Below, piece after piece: positions 12,721 through 24,682 of a DNA stretch of 64,000 nucleotides. Below the pieces are notes generated by a model. The model saw only the letters and a program-made list of their open reading frames with translations. It was not told where the DNA came from and ran no database searches. Location of the stretch: assembly GCA_964016885.1 (NCBI GenBank), contig OZ024741.1, positions 72,788,001 to 72,852,000 on the forward strand, read 5' to 3'. Origin of the DNA: Eledone cirrhosa (lineage: Eukaryota). Position 1 is the stretch's first letter, and every line of letters begins with the position of its first letter. A program made the translations under genes and the position numbers.

Positions 12721-15375
12721 GAGAGTATTGAAGTTTGCTTGAAGCATTGTGGAATAATAAGGTAAATTTCTTTAAGTCGTTTGGAAGCCTCGACAATGCA
12801 GATGGGTAGATCTCCGGGTAACAAGATCCGGTGGTGGAGAGAGAGATGTAAGTGGGTGTACGTTGAGATGCGTGGCATGTATAAGACGTGTAGAGGAATG
12901 AAGGAAAGAGCGTAAAGGATAAAAATAAAAATAACAACACGAGAGAGAGTTACCTTGGGAGAGATTTAATTGTCCCTATATATTTCGGATTCACATCCAT
13001 CAACTGGGTTTTTTTCCGGGGGGGGGGAGGTTGTCTGTCGGAAAGGTGCGAAACGTGTCCTCCGCTGTTAGTTGTTTTGAATATCTGAGGTATACAGCAG
13101 AGCGCGCGTGCACGTGAAATGGGGTCGGTCTCGTTTGTGTGTGTGTGTGCGTGTGTTGCTGCATCGTTTGTTAACTTAAACCAACCACTTCATTTCGCTT
13201 CTCTCGGATCGGTTGTTTAATTGTGGCCCTAGGCGTTTGATCCAAAGTGCTTCCTTGATACGTAACGTGCCGACGTTTCTTTCTGTCGCTAGAATTGTGA
13301 CAATGGGCCTTCCGTCTTTGTTTCCGCATTTGGCTATGTGTTTCCGGAAAGACGAGGCCCTGGTTTTAGTGTGTTCCTTGATCCGGATGTGCAACGGCCG
13401 GATTGTGCTACCTATATAGTATTGATTGCACTTGTTACATTCTATCTTATACACGACGTATGTGCGTAGGCAACAGTTCACATGGCGCATCGGGCAGTCT
13501 CTGAGGGAGCACTCGTCAGTTGATTTCCCGGGTTTCCTGGAGAGGTATCGTCGCAGGGAGGGGCCCGAGTGGGCCAGTTGGATGTCGAGGCCCTCCCTCC
13601 GTATAGCCTTTCGGATAGCGTTGGTGGTATTCTCGCCCAGGTGTGGCATTTTAAGGAAGCACTTGCCTTGGGTGCCTCTCTGTCTCTTGTGTCTGGTGTC
13701 TCCTACTCTGTCTGTGAGCGAGGTAGGGTACCCGTTCGTCTCCAGCACCTCGAGGAATCGCTTGGTATAAGTGACACCACTCGCGGGATCGCTGCATCTG
13801 TTTTTGATTCGCGCGATCTCGTTCGTGATGTATCATCTTTTGGCACTGTTAGGGAGGGTGGACTTGTAGTGGACGAACAGGTCCCTGCAGGCTGCCTTTC
13901 GGTAGAAGTTGCAGTGGATCCCTCCCTGTTCCGTGATGTTGATTCGGAAGTCGAGGAGGGCAAGTGACCCGTCTTCGTTGGGGTGTTCAACACTGAAGTC
14001 AATGTTCTCGTCCGTGTTGTTGAACGTCTCATAGATTCTGTTCGCCATGTCTTGGGAAGATGTGAGGATGAGGATATCGTCCACGTACCTTGAGAAAAAG
14101 GCGACGGCGTTGGCGTGGCAGGCGTTGAGTGCCTTGCGCTCGAGGCTGTCCATGTAAGAGATCGCTAGCACACCCGACAGGCTTGATCCCATGGGCAGTC
14201 CCGCGGTTTGTTGGTATGTTTGGTCAAAGAATCCGAAGTAGGTGTTGTCGACGATGATGGATAGGAGTTGGTGGATGTCAGTGGTGGTGAGCCCGAAGCA
14301 GTGTAGGTTGGTGGATTGGACGCGTTCCATCAGTATATTGGCGGCCGGGAGTGCCGGGACCGAGGTGTAGAGAGCGACTACATCAAGGCTGAAGGCATAT
14401 CTGTTATTCTTTCTGGTGTCGGGATCCATTTGATGCAGGCGCTTCAACACCTCCTCGGAGCTGTTAACGTGTCCCGGCAAGGTGTCTAAGATGGGCTTGA
14501 GTATTCTGGCTAGGAGCCATGAAATTTTGTAGAGTGGTCCTTCCACGCTCGATACAATGGGCCTGATCTTCAGGTTGGGTCCCTGTTTGTGTGTTTTCAC
14601 GAGGTGGTAGAAGGCGGGTAGTCTGCTGTTCCTCGTGGTGAGGAGGTTGTATCTCAGCTTCTTCGGGAGCTTCCGGCGGTCGCAGATGTTGGTCCAGGTG
14701 GCGTTGATGTGCTCTTCTATCTGCGCGGGAGTGATTCCCGTGACCTTGGAGTAGAGGTTGTCAACGTCAAGGTGTTGGAGGGCCGGGGTGTTGTAGGCCT
14801 CTCTGCTGATGACGCAAAATTCTTTTCCCTTGTCGGAGGGGAGGTAGATGAGGTTCTTCGATTTTAGGTTGGAGAGAGTGGCGAGTTGAGATTTGGTGAG
14901 GTTGTGTGTTGTGCGTGTGTGTGTGTATTTGTGAAGTATATCCGAGATGGAGTGTCTGATGAGTTTAGTGTCGAGTTCGTGGTTGGTGGGTGGGGGGTGG
15001 AGTGGGTTGTCGGGGTGGTAAGTGGGGAACTTGGAGTGGGTTGCGTGGGCGCTGTTATTTTCTGTGGCGCTGTTGATGGCGGTCACCCATTTAAGTTGGT
15101 AAGCGGCTCGACAAAAGTTGGCCTCGATGTTGAGTTTGAGTCTGTCGTCGAGTCGTTTTGAGACGATGAATTTGGGTCCGAGGTGTAGGAGTTTCAGCTC
15201 GTCGCTCGTGAGAGTGCCGGTTAGGTCAGTGACCAGGTGCGTCGCATCGTTGAGGTGTGGCTCGGTGTTGGTGGATGCGGCGGTGGCGGTTGTTAAGTTG
15301 TTGTTTTCCACGTGGTTCTGGTCCGTCTGTTCGTTAGTCTCGATGTTCTCGTTGTGGAGTTTAGACAAGATCTAA

Positions 15376-15378
<3 letters not shown>
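12721..15378 (-). mobile_element. Penelope-like element (RT + C-terminal GIY-YIG), probably 5'-truncated, flanked by (TA)n on both sides
   Basis: PLE-type RT motifs plus a GIY-YIG domain. ~450-bp 3' non-coding end with a degenerate hammerhead-like motif at 12974-13008 (CAGUUGA-u-ggau guga aucc-GAAA-uaua-UA). Confidence 0.9.
13176..15368 (-). pseudogene. PLE reverse transcriptase / GIY-YIG endonuclease ORF interrupted by one in-frame TGA (13833-13835)
   Basis: IRPIVS, SLDVVALYTSV, GLPMGSSLS, RYVDDIL, LALLD, FYRK; then in the same frame *YITNEIARIKNRCS...NGYP...VVYKIECNKCNQYYIGSTIRPLHIRIKEH...EALWI...LN. Confidence 0.88.
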
Positions 15379-15422
<44 letters not shown>

Positions 15423-15427
<5 letters not shown>

Positions 15428-16015
15428 ATATTTGGGGAGGGTCATATTTGCGTAATATTGCCAGAATTAATAACAGAACACACTCACTGTTTGGTTGGTT
15501 TTCGCTTCTCGCTGTCTTTTATATCTGCGGTCTAACTTACTCGGTCCTCAATGTTGCCATTGACTGACCGACGGTCAAAAATAATACAGATACAATATAG
15601 ACACAAACACATATATATAGTTTACATAATTTACATAAATCTTTCGTTGCACATCTGCAACATCGTCAGTGGTGTTATATTTTTTCCTCCTGTTGTGTTG
15701 TATGTCTACGCCATTTTTAAAATGGCGTAGACATACAACACAACAGGAGGAACAATGAATATAACACCACTGACGATGTTGCAGATGTGCAACGAAAGAT
15801 TTATGTAAATTATGTAAACTATATATATGTGTTTGTGTCTATATTGTATCTGTATTATTTTTGACCGTCGGTCAGTCAATGGCAACATTGAGGACCGAGT
15901 AAGTTAGACCGCAGATATAAAAGACAGCGAAAGCGAAAACCAACGAAACAGTGAGTGTGTTCTGTTATTAATTCTGGCAATATTACGCAAATATGACCCT
16001 CCCTAAATATAACAA
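15423..16015. repeat. Palindrome B: ~590-bp inverted repeat (head-to-head pLTR-like arms) flanked by (TA)n
   Basis: Centre ccatttt-t-aaaatgg at 15718; ~295-bp arms with a handful of differences; both outer ends abut (TA)n. Confidence 0.9.
15768..15805 (+). ncRNA. Minimal type I hammerhead ribozyme (mirror copy at 15634-15671 on minus)
   Basis: ca-CUGACGA-u-guugca gaug ugcaac-GAAA-gauu-UA-ug: 6-bp stem II, very short stems I and III. Confidence 0.6.
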
Positions 16016-16357
16016 TATATATATATATATATATATATAAATATATTCCAACCGTGACCATCTCCACTGAAAGTTTTCGTGAAATAGTCTTCAAGACTAT
16101 ACGGAGCATTTGAAGTTTTTTCCAAATTGAAGGATGAGTATTTTAAACTTTATTTTATCATAAGTTAAGGCTCTATTGATTTTTCCCTGGATTTCACTAA
16201 ATTCTGTGGATGAATCTATATCCTGATTCTTTTTGAGTTGAGTTTGAATTATTTTTCCCACATCTTACGTTAACTATTTTTCCCATTTTGACGCTATAGT
16301 CACTTATATATTATGGAATACTGTTGGCTTTATGCTACAATATTTTCTATACCGTTC

Positions 16358-16402
<45 letters not shown>

Positions 16403-16404
<2 letters not shown>

Positions 16405-16675
16405 CGTAAGGTTGTGAGTTCGATTCCCAGCGGCACGTTGTGTGCTTGAGCAAGACACTTTATTTCACGTTGCTCCAGTCGACTCAACTGAGAAAACTGA
16501 GTTGTACCTGTAATTGGAATGGCCAGCCTTGTCACAGTCTGTGTCTCCCTGAAAACTACATTAAGGGTACGCGTGTCTGTGGAATGCTCAGTCACTTGCA
16601 CGTTAATGTCATGAGTAGGTTGTTCTATTGATTGGATCAACTGGAAAACTCATCGTCGTAACTGACGGAGTGCCT
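16403..16675 (+). mobile_element. tRNA-derived SINE (second family), 5'-clipped
   Basis: B-box-like gagttcgattccc followed by the gtgtgcttgagcaagacacttta core typical of metazoan tRNA-SINEs. Confidence 0.65.
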
Positions 16676-16976
16676 CATATATAATGAATGTGCAGAGCCA
16701 TTAAGCTGTTAGATTAGATGCCATGGTATTTGTTTTGAGTCACTTAGCTCTGAATTCAAATCACGCCCTCTTCTGCCAAGGTTGTGGTAGACTGATAGTA
16801 TGAGCTTGCAGTAGATGTTCACTGCAGAAAGTCATGATAAAGCGAAGGCTTTATCACTGCTGTACATTACGATGACGTTATGTTTGCTTGTGTGACTGTG
16901 TCACTATGTACCTGATTGTGTGTTATTAGGGCGGGGGTTTGGCAGTATCGGTAGAAGGAGACTCAGCTGAGAATAG

Positions 16977-17058
16977 ACTCCCTGATGACGCAATGAATTC
17001 TCGACAGTTGGATTACGTAACTGTCTTTATCCCATTGCAGAAACTAATTAGTTGGAGT
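16977..17058 (+). ncRNA. Type I hammerhead ribozyme, copy 1
   Basis: acucc-CUGAUGA-c-gcaaug[...gacaguu/aacuguc...]cauugc-a-GAAAC-uaauua-GUU-ggagu; predicted cleavage after 17053. Confidence 0.75.
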
Positions 17059-17527
17059 GAAAATTTAAGTAAGTAAAAAAATTTTTAAAAATTTAAAAAA
17101 AAATATTTTCTTATTTTACGTCTTTTATATTATTGTTCTGCACCCTCCTGCATTGAACCACCTAGGTACTATGACATAACCTGTGTATTTGCTGGCATGG
17201 ACGTGCATCTGTGCGCCTATGTTAGTTGATATATTAAATTATCTATATTTATCTCCAAATCACTGATTTGTCGAGCAAACCTGCCAAAACCACTTCTAAA
17301 TTTTTTTTGGGGTGTTAGTAGGCGTCAGTCATCTTACCATCCCATTCCTTCTAACTAGCCTCTGTGTCACGTGATTGATTCTTTAGAATCGGCCATTTGA
17401 CTAGAAGCAGTGAGAATTTCAGTACATAGAATCCAGTCCTCGCCAGCTGTTCTTTCTACCGAATTATTATTATTTTTATATGAGCCGCCAGTGTCCGCGC
17501 ATTGCCTGGAGACTCAGCTGAGAATAG

Positions 17528-17609
17528 ACTCCCTGATGACGCAATGAATTCTCGACAGTTGGATTACGTAACTGTCTTTATCCCATTGCAGAAACTAATT
17601 AGTTGGAGT
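17528..17609 (+). ncRNA. Type I hammerhead ribozyme, copy 2
   Basis: Identical to copy 1; predicted cleavage after 17604. Confidence 0.75.
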
Positions 17610-18082
17610 GAAAATTTAAGTAAGTAAGTAAAAAATGTTTTTAAAATTTTTAAAAAAATATTTTCTTATTTTACGTCTTTTATATTATTGTTCTGCACCC
17701 TCCTGCATTGAACCACCTAGGTACTATGACATAACCTGTGTATTTGCTGGCATGGACGTGCATCTGTGCGCCTATGTTAGTTGATATATTAAATTATCTA
17801 TATTTATCTCCAAATCACTGATTTGTCGAGCAAACCTGCCAAAACCACTTCTAAATTTTTTTTGGGGTGTTAGTAGGCGTCAGTCATCTTACCATCCCAT
17901 TCCTTCTAACTAGCCTCTGTGTCACGTGATTGATTCTTTAGAATCGGCCATTTGACTAGAAGCAGTGAGAATTTCAGTACATAGAATCCAGTCCTCGCCA
18001 GCTGTTCTTTCTACCGAATTATTATTATTTTTATATGAGCCGCCAGTGTCCGCGCATTGCCTGGAGACTCAGCTGAGAATAG

Positions 18083-18164
18083 ACTCCCTGATGACGCAAT
18101 GAATTCTCGACAGTTGGATTACGTAACTGTCTTTATCCCATTGCAGAAACTAATTAGTTGGAGT
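18083..18164 (+). ncRNA. Type I hammerhead ribozyme, copy 3
   Basis: Identical to copy 1; predicted cleavage after 18159. Confidence 0.75.
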
Positions 18165-18550
18165 GAAAATTTAAGTAAGTAAGTAAAAAATTTTTTTTAA
18201 ATTTAAAAAAAAATATTTTCTTATTTTACGTCTTTTATATTATATATATATATATATATATATCTGTCCACCGGGGCTGGGGGTGAGGGGGGCACACACA
18301 TCGCGTAACATTCCATATTTAGGTATCCAGATTAATGGTTATTAGGGTATTATATTAAACATTTCATACGTAGTATTTAGAGCAACCCAATCACATGTGT
18401 ACATTAACAGAACCTATACGTTAAAATACACACATATTTCTATAACATGATCCTTGACCTTTCCGATTTAACTGACTTTCAGACTCCTGAAAATTTACAA
18501 AGAATTTCCCTGGAGAATTTGCTATTTCAGATATTTTAAAATTATTTAAC

Positions 18551-21590
<3,040 letters not shown>

Positions 21591-21794
21591 ATTTCATACG
21601 AATGAAACAGCTCTAGTCATTTAGAAGTCATTTCTATGTATATGATAAAGATGCTTATAATCTGCCAATGTATTGAGAACGGTATTTTAGCTGTAGTTAC
21701 CCCAGACACATTTCGGGAATCTGTATATTACTCACACACACACACGCACAAACACACATATATATATATATATACACACGCACATATATATGTG

Positions 21795-21965
21795 ATGGCG
21801 AAATTAACAGGCCTGCTTTTCCTCGAAGACATTTTTTTTCGTTTCTGCCTTTGCTCACTCTCCTCTACCTTTCTTTTTCTTTTTTAATTTCTCATTCTAT
21901 TTTCTAATGAAGGAGTAACGCCCGAAACGTTAAGAATGTTCCTACTATATTGAGCGTAAAACTAA
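21795..21965 (+). mobile_element. Decayed pLTR-like remnant with inactivated hammerhead
   Basis: ctaatga-agg agtaacg ccc-gaaacgtta at ~21904-21933 (G5 lost), between (TA)n runs. Confidence 0.4.
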
Positions 21966-22061
21966 TATATATATATATATATGCATATACACATATACTC
22001 TTTTACTCTTTTCCCTGTTCCAGCCATCCGGCTGAGGCCATGCTGGGGCATATTATATAAA

Positions 22062-22103
<42 letters not shown>

Positions 22104-22138
22104 TGTGTTTGTGTGTGTCTGTGGGTGTATATGTATAT

Positions 22139-22149
22139 TGTAGTAGTAA

Positions 22150-22192
<43 letters not shown>

Positions 22193-22247
22193 TGTTGTTG
22201 TTGTTGTTGTTCTTGTTGTTCTTGTTCTTCTTCTTCTTCTTCTTCTT

Positions 22248-22334
<87 letters not shown>
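22139..22334. repeat. Compound microsatellite (GTA)n(GTT)n(CTT)n(ATT)19, left flank of the Tx1 array
   Basis: Directly visible; the ATT block (22278-22334) abuts the 5' G of unit 1. Confidence 0.95.
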
Positions 22335-22547
22335 GAATGCCATGGTTGACGGAGGCTCGGCTCTGTAAGGTATAGTAATTTTTAACCGTTAAAACAATTG
22401 TAAATTGTTTAAAACTTGAACCAAATTGTTGATAAAGACACCCTCCTCCTCGTGAGAGGGGTCTTTCTGTCCGTTATTTGGCCCTTCGGGGTTAAATAGC
22501 CAGTTATTGGGGTTTTGTACCCAAAATTTCATTTTAAACAAAAAAAC

Positions 22548-24647
22548 ATGGCTACCAAAAAAAAAAAATTTCATACGTCACTCCCACTCATTCCGTCTTC
22601 TTCTTCCTCAATCATCACTACAGGAGAGAGAAGATTGTCTCTCTCCCTCCCTTCTTTAAATGTGTCTCTCTCCCTACCTTCTCTTTCGCAAGCGACGAAA
22701 GAAAAGAAAAGTCTCGTGCAAAGCGTGCAAGGTTTCTCCACGACGACGACGACAGCGACGAAACAGGTGTGCGGGAAATACGAAAACCCAGTTCATTCGT
22801 CTGACGTCAGGAATAATAGCAGTAGCAGCCGTAATAACAACAGCAACAGTGACAATGAAAACAACAGTAGCAGCCGCAACAGCATCACCAGCAGCATAAA
22901 CAACAACAGCATTAGCAGCAGCAACACCAACAACAACCACAGCAACAGCGGCGGAGGCAGTAGTCGTAGTACCTGCAGCAACAACAAAAGTACCAGCAGC
23001 TCTGACGACAACAACAACAGCAGAGAAAAACCAATCTCATTTGCAGGTATTGCGAAAAACCTGGAAACAATCCTCATAACAAATGAGGAATTAGAGGAAG
23101 CGAAGAAGATGGTGACAAAGAACGGACACCGAGCAATCTGCAAGGCAGCGAAAAATTTTTTCGAAACCCAAGAGCACTGTACGGTCACGTACCGTACAGT
23201 AAGTACAAAATCCCGTAGGGTGGAAAGAGCCACAGAGGCCCAAATACAAAAAGCCTTGGGGTCTGTGTGGCAGAGGAAAACGCACATCACCCGAGGCAAA
23301 AAATACGCCACCGTAGACGTACTTTTTGCCACACCCCAGGAGGCAAAGGCCCAATCAGTAGTGACCCTAAGGAGCGAGGAAATGGTGTTGGTGCCCTCCT
23401 ACTGCGGGCAAAAAATTGTGAGGGTCAAACTGACCCACGTCCCCCCCGGAATGACCCCTTCTTGGCTGGCCGCGTCTGTCCTCGTCGGAATCGAGGACAA
23501 AACAACTGTACTGCAAGTACAGAAAAAAGTAAGAGAAGATTGGGTCGGCTCCTCCATTGAGATGCTAATCCAAACCAACCAGGAGTGCATCGAAGCTATC
23601 CCGGATGTGATAGACTTCGATAACGGCACTCAACTGCCCATAAGTGTTGAGGGCAAACGCCCGAAATGCTTTCGCTGTGGATCGAAGACTCACCTCAGGG
23701 CCTTCTGCAACGAGAAGACCCTGAGAAAGGAGAAAACCCCCCTCCTCCCGAATCCGGTTCCACGGCTACCAGCAACAGGACAAGCGGCAACCAGGAACGA
23801 TAGGTCCGTGGCACCCATACCCACTCCACGGAAATCAAAGACAGCAGCAGCAGTGGAAATATTAACAACAACAACAGCAATACCAAATGCAGCTGCAACA
23901 GAGACTCCAGTGCAAACATCACCAACAACAACAAGTGAAAGAGTGGAGCTGGTACCCCTCCCCGACCTTACAGAATCAGACATGGAGTGTGAGGTGGGAG
24001 AGGGATGGCAAAAGGTCTCAAGAAGGCACAAACGCAGAAGCAGCGCATCGTCGCCTTTGAAAAGGGAGGAAAGAAATGAGAAAAGGGTAAAGTCTACTGC
24101 AAAGAGACCCACAGCAGCAACACCACCAACACCATCACCACCCACACCAGCACCACCATCACCACCGGCGACAACCCCACCGCCAACAACACCTTCAACA
24201 CCACCACCACAAGCACCAACATCGCAAACACAACAACAAAACACACACACCCAGCAACAACGACAAGAAAATAGCAGAACCACACCCCACCCCCAGAAAA
24301 ACAAATGCACGGCAATAAACACACACAACAAGAAACTAATGACTTACATAATTGAACACACCGACATTTCACAACAGGACTACATAATACCAGCACCAAT
24401 CAAAACGCCAACTAACATAAGACTGCTAAAAATAGCACAGAATCAATACACAAACATTAAAACGAAATTCCCCAACGCAGTTGGTGATTTCAGGGACCTA
24501 GGAGGAACCATTAATCGAAGAGTATATTCAGACATTCTCTTAGAAGAGCCGACGACCAGCCGAAGGGACGATTCAACGGTCCCTTCACCAGACGATCAAG
24601 TGAAAAGGGATGTAAAAACCATCCCTCCTCTACCAAAAGTACGGTAA
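22548..24647 (+). CDS. ORF1 gag-like nucleic-acid-binding protein with CCHC zinc knuckle
   Basis: First ATG at 22548 (MATKKKKFH). CFRCGSKTHLRAFC = CX2CX4HX4C. N/S-rich N-terminus; P/T-rich and basic C-terminal part. Confidence 0.88.
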   Translation: MATKKKKFHTSLPLIPSSSSSIITTGERRLSLSLPSLNVSLSLPSLSQATKEKKSLVQSVQGFSTTTTTATKQVCGKYENPVHSSDVRNNSSSSRNNNSNSDNENNSSSRNSITSSINNNSISSSNTNNNHSNSGGGSSRSTCSNNKSTSSSDDNNNSREKPISFAGIAKNLETILITNEELEEAKKMVTKNGHRAICKAAKNFFETQEHCTVTYRTVSTKSRRVERATEAQIQKALGSVWQRKTHITRGKKYATVDVLFATPQEAKAQSVVTLRSEEMVLVPSYCGQKIVRVKLTHVPPGMTPSWLAASVLVGIEDKTTVLQVQKKVREDWVGSSIEMLIQTNQECIEAIPDVIDFDNGTQLPISVEGKRPKCFRCGSKTHLRAFCNEKTLRKEKTPLLPNPVPRLPATGQAATRNDRSVAPIPTPRKSKTAAAVEILTTTTAIPNAAATETPVQTSPTTTSERVELVPLPDLTESDMECEVGEGWQKVSRRHKRRSSASSPLKREERNEKRVKSTAKRPTAATPPTPSPPTPAPPSPPATTPPPTTPSTPPPQAPTSQTQQQNTHTQQQRQENSRTTPHPQKNKCTAINTHNKKLMTYIIEHTDISQQDYIIPAPIKTPTNIRLLKIAQNQYTNIKTKFPNAVGDFRDLGGTINRRVYSDILLEEPTTSRRDDSTVPSPDDQVKRDVKTIPPLPKVR

Positions 24648-24682
24648 GTGGTCTTTCCCATCTTTTCCACTCTATTTTAAAC

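Larger units (their letters stand above)
16957..18242 (+). mobile_element. Retrozyme-like tandem repeat: 2.3 copies of a 551/555-bp non-coding unit, each with a hammerhead, ending in (TA)n
   Basis: Units start at 16957, 17508 and 18063 (ggagactcagctgagaatagactccctgatgacg) and are near-identical. Confidence 0.8.

Noticed and set aside
16957-18242. CRISPR-like or LTR interpretation of the direct repeats
   Set aside because: The units are contiguous 551-555 bp copies with no unique spacers, no TG..CA ends and no PBS or PPT.
22436-22470. HDV-like ribozyme suggested by CCTCCTCGTG in the Tx1 5'UTR
   Set aside because: P3 would contain a mismatch, and I could not find P1, P1.1 or P2 partners; a simple hairpin explains the sequence.
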